Source: Ginkgo biloba | Lineage: Eukaryota > Plantae > Ginkgophyta | NCBI GenBank assembly: GCA_024626585.2 | Contig: JANKJI020000002.1 | Coordinates: 210,094,097 to 210,112,702 of the forward strand | DNA: 18,606 nucleotides | Reading direction: 5' to 3' | Shown here: piece after piece, positions 1 through 10,209 of the stretch | Numbering within the stretch: position 1 is the first letter of the stretch | Layout: each line of letters opens with the position of its first letter | The notes under the pieces: model-generated | Told to the model about the DNA's origin: nothing | Databases searched by the model: none | Seen by the model: only the letters and a program-made list of their open reading frames with translations | Program-made: the position numbers and the translations under genes

Positions 1-904
1 TGAGGTTAGGATCAATGCCTTGGAGGGAAGTAAGATGATTGAGAAGCTTTCTAGATGAGACCATGAGGACACACTTCTGAATATTAATACTCAGTCGATA
101 CTTATGACACCACTTGAATATAACCTGAAGATCATCAAGATGGTCTTCTCATATGTAGGATAATCCCATAAGATCATCAACGTAGACCTATATAGTTATA
201 TTAATGAGGTCATAAAATATGAACATCATCACCCCTTAGTAAGTAGCACTGAAATTCTTAAGCCTGAAAGGCATGAATTTATAGGCAAACATGCCCTAAG
301 GAGTGGTGAATGAGATTTTATGTTGATCCTTAGGAGTGATGAATATTTGCTTGTAACTAAATAACTCGTCCATTAGGGACATGACCTTGAATCTTGTTGT
401 TTGATAAAGGATTTTGTCAATGAAACATAGTAAAATATTATCCTTTGGGCATACATCATTTATATTACAAAAGTCAATGTGAATACATACAACATTACTT
501 TTCTTCTTGATTAACATGATGTTGGAAACCCACTAAGGGGAAATAATGGGTGCACTAAATCCAAATCTAATTAAATTATCGACTTCCTAATTCATAGAAG
601 GAAAGATATTAGGACTAACGAGGCATTGACATTGGCATATAATTTTTGCACCTGGGTTAATAGTGATGTTATAAGACACTACATCAGGATCCATCCCTTT
701 CATGTTTGAATACTCCAAAGTAAAGACACAAAATAACTCATGACATAGTGCATTGAATTGATTGATCTTGTGGGATGAGGTAGTAGCCCCAAACTTGAAT
801 ATATTTAGGACAGAGGTGATATTTAAATCCACATCCATTGGATAAATTTCCATGAGATTACCTTCCTCAAAGTGATAAGGAGTAGGTGGTAAATCACTTA
901 GCAT
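1..904 (-). pseudogene. Decayed reverse transcriptase of a Ty3/gypsy Tat/Ogre-type retrotransposon pol
   Basis: Minus-strand translation gives FTLEYSNMKGMDPDVVSYNITINPGAK, then IDFCNINDVCPKDNILLCFIDKI, MSLMDELFSYKQIFITPKDQHKISFTTP*GMFAYKFMPFRLKNFSATY*G, VYVDDLM (YVDD at 173-184) and HLDDLQVIFKWCHKYRLSINIQKC. These match Tat-clade RT motifs (CPKDxFPLPxID, KTAFTTPWG, MPFGLKNAGATYQR, YVDD). Multiple stops are present. Confidence 0.92.
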
Positions 905-1129
905 ATAAGAGAAAGGATAATTTGATAATTAGTCACCAAAAGTAGGATAATACTAAATCACATAAATGCAATAGATAATAGGGGACTCAACAGAGTGAGA
1001 GTGCCCATCATGTGAATACGAATAGTCATGACTAGAATTCCTAATAGAGAATGTTAATGAGGTTTGGCATGAACTTGGTGGTTTCTTGAAGGTGAATCTC
1101 CCACTCAAAGGCTCATAGGAATAACATAT

Positions 1130-1849
1130 NNNNNNNNNNNNNNNNNNNNNNNNNNNNNNNNNNNNNNNNNNNNNNNNNNNNNNNNNNNNNNNNNNNNNNN
1201 NNNNNNNNNNNNNNNNNNNNNNNNNNNNNNNNNNNNNNNNNNNNNNNNNNNNNNNNNNNNNNNNNNNNNNNNNNNNNNNNNNNNNNNNNNNNNNNNNNNN
1301 NNNNNNNNNNNNNNNNNNNNNNNNNNNNNNNNNNNNNNNNNNNNNNNNNNNNNNNNNNNNNNNNNNNNNNNNNNNNNNNNNNNNNNNNNNNNNNNNNNNN
1401 NNNNNNNNNNNNNNNNNNNNNNNNNNNNNNNNNNNNNNNNNNNNNNNNNNNNNNNNNNNNNNNNNNNNNNNNNNNNNNNNNNNNNNNNNNNNNNNNNNNN
1501 NNNNNNNNNNNNNNNNNNNNNNNNNNNNNNNNNNNNNNNNNNNNNNNNNNNNNNNNNNNNNNNNNNNNNNNNNNNNNNNNNNNNNNNNNNNNNNNNNNNN
1601 NNNNNNNNNNNNNNNNNNNNNNNNNNNNNNNNNNNNNNNNNNNNNNNNNNNNNNNNNNNNNNNNNNNNNNNNNNNNNNNNNNNNNNNNNNNNNNNNNNNN
1701 NNNNNNNNNNNNNNNNNNNNNNNNNNNNNNNNNNNNNNNNNNNNNNNNNNNNNNNNNNNNNNNNNNNNNNNNNNNNNNNNNNNNNNNNNNNNNNNNNNNN
1801 NNNNNNNNNNNNNNNNNNNNNNNNNNNNNNNNNNNNNNNNNNNNNNNNN
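1130..1849. other. Assembly gap (720 N). Other gaps include 12773-13571 and exact 100-N gaps at 3928, 6748, 10804, 14609, 15725 and 17328
   Basis: Runs of N. Exactly 100 N is a common placeholder for gaps of unknown size. Confidence 0.97.
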
Positions 1850-3394
1850 GGCCCTCTGTGTCTCTCCTCAATTCTCCTCTTTTCTTCCTCTAGAAGATCT
1901 CCTTGATAATTTCTCCTTCTCCCCTCTATGTCTTCTTCCTCCACTCCTCAATTCCTTAAACACTCTCTCCTCTCCCTTTATGTGGTCCCTATCCTTGACA
2001 TTGAATTATCTCATTCTTCACTCTGTTTGGTGAGCTCCTTTACTGGTCTTCATTAATTTCCTCATAGCAAAATATGGTCCCTAACCTCCTCTCTTCCATC
2101 ATGGCTCCTCCAAGAGATATGTATTTAGATATATCTTCATAAATATAGTAANNNNNNNNNNNNNNNNNNNNTGGCATCATCTCCATCCTTAGATGTGAGT
2201 TCCATCACATGGATTTATTTCAGGAGCATTCATGGTCGTACCCTACTCTAGCAACTTACATGTCAGCATCGCTAAATTTTGGGGATCTCCTCTCACCTAT
2301 TATTTTCCTTTGGTGCCTTAGGGGTTTAAATCCCTAAACCCCCAAACTCCAATCTATTGCTTCCAATAAAGTTTGGGTGTGGGACTTTTCATTAACTACC
2401 ATCTATTCCTGCAGTGGGTTTGAGGTGCTGTTAAGAAATCCATCCATCTATTTTCTCTCAAATCCTAAATGCTCAAATTCCTGAGTGTAGTGCATATCAC
2501 CTCCATTCTCTCCCTTTTTGTTCTTTGGGAATGCAACCTCAAGTCTCATTCTAGGGCTTTTATATGGACCCCATCTCATCCATCTCCTAGACTCTAAACT
2601 TTGCACCTTATACTCTATCTTAATATCCTCTTTGGGTCTATGAAAGACCCTCCATTCTCACTATACATTTTTCAAATGCTAAAATCCTATATCTCCTTAG
2701 TCTCTTTGGGTTCCATACTTAGCACAAATTAAATCATCCATCCGATCTACGGGCATTCAAATTTTTTAATAAGCACTACCACTTGAATATTTTAAGTCTC
2801 TGAACACCTAAAATATTAATACTCAATCTTTCTTATATCTCTCCTTTTCTTTCCCAATCCTTAGGATTATCTACCTATTTCCTAAACTTTTCTTAGATGT
2901 TTCTATGACTCTTTGATTCTATTATCAATTTCTCTAACCATATCTCTCTTCGCCTTCATGCAGTCTATGGCATTCACTTAGCCTTATCTATTTCCTTCAT
3001 CCCATTAGATTAAAACTCATTCTATATTATTCTTGATCATCCAAACTTCTACATATCCACTATATACCTGCTCTTAGTCAATCTCCTTATACTCCTCTTT
3101 TTTTTACTCCTGTAACTTCTCTCATCCTAGATATCTCTACCTTCTTGTATATATTGACCACCTTCCTCATCAGTCATATATCACCTTGCATCTACCTTAG
3201 GGATGTCTCATTTTCTTTACCATGTGACTACTATTAGTGTTCCTTCTACTATTAACATCAATAATTTATTATTGGTCATCAATCCCTCTTCTTGTCGTCC
3301 CTCTTTGGATTACTTCTTCAAAATGAATTGTCGACCCTCTAACACACTCTTTATACACTGGTTATATAAAAATATTAATAATTACCCTACATCA
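1850..3394 (-). repeat. 3' LTR (copy 1) of a CRM-like LTR element; distal end hidden in gap 1130-1849
   Basis: Starts TGATGTAGGG on minus (catca at 3390-3394), directly after a PPT. It is colinear with 8441-9081 and 10904-12202, e.g. 2933 tctaaccatatctctcttcgccttcatgcagtctatggc vs 11741 tctaaccagatctctctatgccttcatgcactctatggc. Confidence 0.85.
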
Positions 3395-3404
3395 TCCTCC
3401 CCTT
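3395..3404 (-). promoter_or_regulatory. Polypurine tract (AAGGGGAGGA) abutting LTR copy 1
   Basis: Minus strand reads CAAGGGGAGGA|TGATG, translating (Q)QGEDDVG. This resembles the CAAGAAGGGGAGGATGATG PPT/LTR junction of CRM-clade elements. Confidence 0.85.
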
Positions 3405-3927
3405 GTTATAAAATTTTACATGATCCCCTGCTCATTCCCTTCTTCATCTCTCTCTCCTCAGCTCACCCAATTCCTTCCACTTGCTTTCAATATTTCTAAT
3501 TTTGTCTTCTTATAAAAACCTCCTTCCATTTCTTTCAGTACCTTTGGATGTTATTTTTCAGTCATTGCTTAGCTTCATCTTGTACTTGTCCCTAGTGCTC
3601 CATTAATGCCTCTATTCATCCATATCCAATCTCATCTATAGGTACCTGAAACACACACAAATATACTTTTATCATTGCACCAACATGGTGCCTTCCTTGC
3701 CCATCAACTGAATCTCCATTCGATCTTTCATCCTCAACTTGCTACAATTTTTTTTTGTTATAGTACTCTCTATGCTCCCTCCAAGCATCCACATCTTCCT
3801 TCATTCCATCACCCTACGATGCTTTCTTCACCTCCTTTGGCTTATTCTTCAAATCTCTAATGGTCCATTCACTCAACTCCTTTGAGTTGTTCACCTAAAC
3901 TACTTTGGATCATTTTCTCTCCACCTA
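3405..3927 (-). mobile_element. 3' internal region of CRM-like copy A (decayed E/K-rich frame, weak integrase C-terminal-like remnant)
   Basis: Purine-rich minus strand translating ...EALMEH*GQVQDEAKQ*LKNNIQRY*KK.... It shows patchy homology to 4095-4400 (shared gtgccttcct and atatttctaa, similar pre-PPT sequence). Confidence 0.6.
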
Positions 3928-4027
3928 NNNNNNNNNNNNNNNNNNNNNNNNNNNNNNNNNNNNNNNNNNNNNNNNNNNNNNNNNNNNNNNNNNNNNNNNN
4001 NNNNNNNNNNNNNNNNNNNNNNNNNNN

Positions 4028-4097
4028 CTTAGACACACTACCATTATGCTAGTTTTTCTAAATATTGGGGATACCCCTACATCATCCTCCCCTTCTT
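4028..4097 (-). repeat. Second PPT (4085-4097) plus first 57 bp of another LTR (4084-4028), running into a 100-N gap
   Basis: Minus strand AAGAAGGGGAGGA|TGATGTAGGGG reads F*EGEDDVG. Bases 4028-4084 align with the LTR starts ending at 3394 and 12202. Confidence 0.85.
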
Positions 4098-5450
4098 AAA
4101 AAAAATTGACATGAGCTCTTACTCATGCCCTTTGGCCAATCCTCCTCTAATTTTCACCAATTTTATTAGTTTTTTTTTTGGTCCAGTGTTTTCTTTAGGT
4201 GGCAATCTCTCTCCACTTCACCTGATATTTCTAACTGATCCTTCTTATCCCCTANNNNNNNNNNNNNNNNNNNNNNNNNNGTGCTTTGTCTCAACACCTC
4301 TTCTCTCTTCTACATATACCTTACACTCCTCCATCTTGACATTCTCCATCATACCTGCATAGTGCCTTCCTCCCTCATCGCTAGTGGTTCACTTAGCCTT
4401 TGATCTCAGCTCCCTACAACTCTTCTCCATTGTAGTCCTCCTCACATTCTTCAATCATGGCTTCTCTTATCACCTCTTCTAATTCTACAATGTCATCCAC
4501 CGGTGACTCTTCCCTTAGTCCACCATATTACCCATGTGCTTATACTCCAANNNNNNNNNNNNNNNNNNNNNNNNNNNNNCCTTCCATATTTTTCTCTGAC
4601 CTCCTACTGATCCTTCTTCTAACACCCCATTATTGCTCTCCTTATCACTCATGATGCCTTTATCATCAACATATTTTGGCTCACTTGCAGACACTCCATT
4701 TTCTCCTCTATAATCATACGATATTATCTTGTTCTCCTCCTTCACTTTGTCATAGTATATCACCTCACACTCACCAACATCACTTGCCTTATGTGAACCT
4801 AGCTCTTGTAGCATAGTGGATTCACTTGCATCACCCTTTATATCAACTTCCATCCTGTCAACCATAGATTTTAGGTGTGGATGGGACCCAAAAATACTTC
4901 TTCTCCTCTCTATGGCTTGCCTGAGACCTCATCCTTCTCTTCACCTAGAGCTTCATCATGCCCCGCATATTTGCATAACTTCTCTACTGGTGCCTCCTCT
5001 TTCTCTTCAATTTTTCCTTACATGGGATCCTCCATAATTTCCTCAGTTGACTCCATTTCTCTCCCTCCAGTCACTGACACATTCCTTACTGACACCTCTA
5101 TAATATATGCCATCTTCTTGGGTGCTTCCTCCTCACCCAAATCACTACTAGACTATTCGTCACCATTTGCATGGTTTTCCACAATGATTTCACATCCTTC
5201 TGAGACCTCATCTAATTACTTGTACATACCTTCATTTTCTTATCTCACCCTTGCATGGGATCTTTCAAAAATTATTGTTGGTTCCTCAAATGTCACTCCT
5301 ATATGGATTATCACATGGAACCTTCTCACTCTATTGTCTTTTCTTCAAGGACCTACTCTCAATCCCCTTTTTCTCCTTGCACTTATAAGCGGTCTTCATT
5401 GGGCTTCCTCCTTTGGTAATGCATATGTTCTAATGACCATCCACTGAGAC
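4098..5450 (-). pseudogene. Decayed acidic, E/K-rich ORF of copy B occupying the place of pol
   Basis: Minus frames read DEVSEGCEIIVENHANGDE*SSSDLGEEEAPKK...MESTEEIMEDPM*GKIEEKEEAPVEK, and ORF 4515-4865 is similar in character. No RT, RNaseH or integrase-core motif was found. The + strand S/P/L-rich ORFs here are antisense shadows. Confidence 0.55.
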
Positions 5451-5859
5451 ACCTAGGTAACTAGCCATGATACTCACTAATCCTATAAGAAAGTTCTATC
5501 GATATGTGTTATTTACCAAACCATACCCCTTTGGGTCTACATTCCCACTCTCCTAAGGACACATGCCTTCTTCTTACTCTTTCCTGAACTTCATCCAACA
5601 TACTTCACTTCTCTTAGCTATCTATCCATCTCCTTATGGAAAAATTATTCATCCTCATAATTTGCCTATCAATCACTCCTCGATTTGTTCACCCATTTTC
5701 CCTATCTTAAGCACCAATAATTCTCTTCTTGCCAACAAATTCCTCGCTGCCTCTTCTAGAGATATATCCACACTATGATCCATTGCTCAGGTGACACTCA
5801 CTCCTTTTTCTTGAACCAAACTTATTGTAGGCTCTCCTCCTTCTGGTTATGCATTTTCC

Positions 5860-6747
5860 TTCCTCACAAGAGTCCTAAAAACTATGTATCCTTCCTATCT
5901 ACACCTAAAGAAAGTGAACATCCACCTTGACGTATGAAATATTGGGTCAAATATTCTTCCTCTTATCACTATAAAATTACTACATCCCCTACCTTGATGG
6001 ATTTCATTTTCTCCCTTTCCTCTCGATGAGAAATATTTCCTCAAAATTTATGAATTATCACTATGGACATTACCCTCTTAGTTTTTCATCCTACCTCCTC
6101 TCCATATATATGTCAAGGTTCCTACTCCTCTCATTATCAGTCTTCTCCTTGAGCTTCTAGACAATTTCTCCTCTATCGCCAATGTTTATTGGTATGCTTC
6201 TTCCATTATTCTCACCCTGTACAATGTTAATTCATCCTAAATTATGAAATTCATCCTATTCACTTATAGGGTCACCAAATTTTCTTCTTTATCCTCATGA
6301 TTTCTCCATATGGATAGCCTATAAAATTCCTTCATGTACCCTTGTGCACTCTTTTCTTTCTATCGCAAATTCTAAAACTCTTTAAATAACCTTTATTCAT
6401 AATCTCCAAGAAGAAAGTTTCCCATGATTTTAAAATCCATCTTGTTCCACATTATGATTTTATCCTTTTCTCATCTCACTCACTCCTTTTGCAAGTTCTC
6501 CCACCAAATTATTGCATTCCCTTTCAACTTCATGTAAGCAAATTTCACCCTTTATGGATCTTCCATCTCATCCCACTCAAAATAATTTTCCATATCTCTA
6601 ATATAATCCATGATCTCCTTTGGATTTAATCTTTCTCTAAAGTCTAGAACCTCCTTATTGGTTGATCCTTTATGATTCCTCAACACTCTGGCCAACAATT
6701 CCTCCACATTACCCAGTGCATATTCTTCGATTTAGCCTTCTTTTTCT
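5860..6747 (-). pseudogene. gag: Decayed gag (retrotransposon capsid plus Zn-knuckle remnant), CRM-like, copy B
   Basis: One frame reads EVLDFRERLNPKEIMDYIRDMENYFEWDEMEDP*RVKFAYMKLKGNAIIWWENLQ...KIIMWNKM...DYE*RLFKEF*NLR*KEKSAQGYMKEFYRL...I*DELTLYRVRIMEEAYQ*TLAIEEK. This matches CRM-type gag motifs (LKGxAxxWW, LQNLRQ, IQDEL, EAYQxALKVE). The knuckle remnant FFRCR*EGY lies near 5880-5915. Confidence 0.85.
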
Positions 6748-6847
6748 NNNNNNNNNNNNNNNNNNNNNNNNNNNNNNNNNNNNNNNNNNNNNNNNNNNNN
6801 NNNNNNNNNNNNNNNNNNNNNNNNNNNNNNNNNNNNNNNNNNNNNNN

Positions 6848-7420
6848 TCTTACCAAAAAAAACCTGCTACCTCTTGTGGAGTGATCTCCACACTCTTATT
6901 TATTGCTCAAATAATGATAACTACTTATTACTGAGCCAAAAATACTATAGGCTCTCCTCCTTCTAGTCATGCATTTTTCTACCTTGTGGGACACTTAAAA
7001 TCTCAGTGTATTTCCTCTCTACACCTAAAGAAAATGATAGTCTGTCGTTGTTCACTTTATTCTCTACCTATTTGGAATTTTTGGTATCTCCAACCTCTTA
7101 CTCCTCCTTACTGGAAGGTATCTTGTCTCTCATCATGATAAACACTTTCTCCTTTACTACTTGATGCTCCACTCAGACCTCCTTTCTAGTTTGTTATGTT
7201 TCTTCTCAAATACAGTCTTTCGTGTGCATATCTAGCTAGTCTCTCTTCCACCTTTAATGCTAGTCGGTATGCCTCCTTAAACGAAATAATTTTTTGCACA
7301 CATAACCTTAATAATATGACCAATAAATCCACCATGTCGTCTAGCCCTTGCTCATCCCTCTCTTCTTATTCTTCCAATTTTGATTCCATCTCTGGGCCTT
7401 CTTATAGTCTACTCCTCTAG
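6848..7420 (-). pseudogene. gag: Internally deleted gag, copy A
   Basis: Reads MESKLEE*EERDEQGLDDMVDLLVILLRLCVQKIISFKEAYRLALKVEERLAR, with knuckle remnant IFFRCREEIH*DFKCP at ~6990-7040. Bases 6848-7040 are homologous to 5727-5920. Confidence 0.75.
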
Positions 7421-7832
7421 CTCTCATTCTCCATCTACTCTATTCACATCTTTAAGGCTTCCATTTCTATATTATTTGGTGTAATACTCCCTCTAGCCAC
7501 TCTCAGTTCTATCTTCACTTTTCCTAGAATCTCTCTCCATGACTAGGATCTTCTTACAATTCTCTCTCCATTAATGCCTCAGTTCATCCATTCATTAGCT
7601 CTTTTCTATGACTATAATGCTCCTTCCACAAGCTCCTCAACTCTTATGTCATCACCACTAGTTTACCAACAACTTGGCTTTCTCATGACCTTCCTATTGT
7701 CTCTCCTTCTCCATGATATCTCTCTAACTCTTCTCCTCTTCCTTTAACAAAAGTTAATTCTTCATCTCTACATGCAATTCTCTTCTTCTCACTATAACCT
7801 ACACTTCTCTCAATGCTTAAATGAGGTCTAAG

Positions 7833-7844
7833 ACTCTAACCCCA
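7833..7844 (-). promoter_or_regulatory. Decayed primer binding site, probably tRNA-iMet
   Basis: + strand actctaacccca vs canonical gctctgatacca (8/12). It sits 2 nt from the LTR end cgatgtagg, the expected position. Confidence 0.6.
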
Positions 7845-7846
7845 TA

Positions 7847-9081
7847 CGATGTAGGTAGTCTGTGATAAGATCATCTAATACTAGTGGATGCCACACCACC
7901 CTCTCTTAGGATACTCAGTGCGATATGTATCAACTAGTCCCTTAGGTTATTTACTCATAGATCAATAAGCATTAAACCCCATGATTTAAAATAATATTCA
8001 AAACACATTTATATGCACAACAGAGGGACATGAACTCATTTACTTTAAATCCAAAACTTATATTACCATTATGGGCTTCCTGATTATATTTATCCCAACT
8101 GACCTATTGTCAGATTATAAACAATTGTCCCCCATAGGGGTCTTCTTATAGTATTATTCCACTCTTATCCTTCATTGAGGAATTTTATTCATACTCGACT
8201 CACTCTCTTACTCCTTGTAAGTGCACACCAACCTTATACACCAATATTTTCTTCTCCCCTCTTGGGACCTCTCACTCTATGTTTTAATCCTTTCTCTTCC
8301 TCCCCCTTTATGTTGTCTCTTCATTATAAAATCTACTCCCTCTCATATTCTACCTTCTCTATGGATGCCTCAATGGTCGGCATTCTACCACTTCTATGCT
8401 CACCCTTTGGAGCTCTCTCCTCTACTTTGTCTCTCTTGTAGGCCCTTTATATCTCTCCTCAATACTCCTTCTCTTTTCTTTCTCTTAGAGATCTTCTCAA
8501 CACTTTCTTATTTTCCCCTATGTATCTTCTTCCTCCATTCCTTATGTCCTTTGACGTTATCTCCTCACCCTTTATGTTCTCCCTATCCCTGGTGCCAACG
8601 TCTCCTACTCTTTGTTCTAGTTGATGAGTTCATTTACTTCTCTTCATTAATTTTCTCACAACCCAGTGTGGTCCTCAATGGTTCCCCTAAGAGATACATA
8701 TTTGGATCTCTCTTCATAAATATAGTAAGGTGAAGTCACAACATCATCACCATCCTTAGATATGGGTTTTATCGCTTGGATCTATGTTAGGAGCATTCAT
8801 ACTTGTATCCTACTCTAACAACCCACATTTCATCATTATTAACATGTAGGGATATCCTCTTGCTGGGTCTTCTCCTTTTATGCCTTAAGGGTTGGAATAC
8901 CTAAACCCCCAAACTCTAATCTATCACCTCCAACAAAGTCTGATATGGGGATTTTCATTAATTGGCATCTATTCCTATGATAGGTCTACGATGATGCTAA
9001 AAAATCCATCCACCTCTTTTCTCTGAACTCCTGAATGCCCAAATTCCCAAGCACAACACACATCACCTCCATTCACTCCTA
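7847..9081 (-). repeat. 5' LTR of copy A (LTR copy 2), lacking its U3-side ~0.9 kb
   Basis: Ends CCTACATCG on minus, the inverted counterpart of the TGATGTAGG start. Bases 8441-9081 align with 1850-2515, and the homology stops at the poly-T at 9082. Confidence 0.8.
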
Positions 9082-9724
9082 TTTTTTTTTTCAGGTCCAG
9101 AAGAGGTCGAGTTGCCTAGAAAAGACATAAGAAGGGTATTGTCTCTTGTAGGCTAGTTGTTTAAGCAGTTGGAAGTTATTGGATGATTGGAAACTGTCTT
9201 GTTGAGTTAGCTTGTCTGCAACTTAACTGGGTGTTGTCCTAACCCTTCACTGCTAAATTGTAGACCCATCTGATCGTGTGTGCATGTACATACGGACGCA
9301 CGGATGGAAACCACATATTTTCATTAGAAGGAAAGTTATCCACAAAGAATACCTATTGGCTCCTAGGAGCACATGATCAGACCTTCGGGATATGGCACTA
9401 CACAACTATGTTTGCTTATACTGCTAACAAACACTAATGATATATGTATTTTATCTATACTACTTTCAAACTTAAGTGCAAGGTCAATAGCAATATTTAC
9501 ATGCAAAACAATAAATGTAGAGGAGGCTACATTTTGAATTCATGGAACCTGCAGGCAGCCTTTAATCTGACCTTTGAAATCAAAGGTAGGCTCTTTGTGT
9601 GCCAAATCCTTCTTCTTTATCTGTGGTTTCAAGCAAGCACAATAATCCTATTTGACTGGGCTAGAGAAATTGTTGGCTCTTTGATAATAATCTTGACCTC
9701 AGAAGGACTTGTGAATTCCTTGAA

Positions 9725-10003
9725 CCAGAACTCACATAGGTTTATATGGGTTGTTATATGATAATTACCAGTTGGAGCAATGTGAAAACAAAAGTGATAT
9801 ACTCGTATTTATAATATGTCAGGACAAGTATATTATTGGGAAAGATTATGTGCTCTGTAATGTACCAGAGTTCACGTAGAATCATATGTGTTATTATACG
9901 CTGATTACCAGTTAGAGTAATGTGAAAACACAGGTGATATACCAATACTTACGATATATCAGGATAAGTAGATTATGGGAAAGATTTTGGGCTCTATTTT
10001 GTA
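9725..10003. repeat. Diverged tandem duplication, ~140 bp unit x2
   Basis: attaccagtt occurs at 9764 and 9904. Bases 9764-9823 vs 9904-9963 match 49/60 by hand count, and similarity extends back to ccagaactcacatag (9725) vs ccagagttcacgtag (9865). Confidence 0.9.
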
Positions 10004-10174
10004 TTGAGGAATCTTACAGCTGACACGTTAATATAATTTGTATGAATATTGTGACTCTTTTTGTCTGCTAGATGCACAACTTATTCATTTATGCACATGT
10101 TGTATGTTGTAGCATATGAATGATTCCTCGATTGAGGATTTGATGAGTTTCTGCTTTGGCTAATAATTGGTTGG

Positions 10175-10209
10175 GTAGGGGTATTCTAGCCGACGAAGAA
10201 TACCCCTAC
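10175..10209. repeat. Perfect 13-bp inverted repeat with 9-nt loop
   Basis: GTAGGGGTATTCT-agccgacga-AGAATACCCCTAC. Confidence 0.9.

Noticed and set aside
1-904. RT as endogenous caulimovirus, retron or group II intron RT
   Set aside because: The CPKD...ID and upstream MxGxDPxVV motifs, plus the linked gag/protease, indicate a Tat-type Ty3/gypsy element.
1105-1944. Long ORFs 1105-1944, 1113-1871 and those spanning 12683-13636
   Set aside because: Their length comes from N runs translated as X. Only the YNLLLGRSW end is informative.
4921-5212. 13-bp direct repeat ctgagacctcatc at 4921 and 5200
   Set aside because: It lies inside a low-complexity acidic frame (DEVS twice) and is not a convincing TSD.
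3203-8733. Numerous + strand S/L/P/F-rich ORFs, including 190 aa at 4875-5447 and 170 aa at 8221-8733
   Set aside because: They are antisense shadows of purine-rich minus-strand TE frames or LTR sequence, with no independent coding evidence.
9444-9761. 105-aa hydrophobic ORF in the island
   Set aside because: No recognisable motif, and hydrophobicity follows from T-richness. It cannot be supported as a CDS without a search.
9725-10003. CRISPR-like array
   Set aside because: These are two long diverged units with no repeat-spacer structure and no cas genes.
10175-10209. Hairpin as a miRNA precursor, Helitron 3' end or bacterial terminator
   Set aside because: The stem is too short for a 21-nt duplex, there is no CTRR at the right distance, no U-tract, and the context is eukaryotic.
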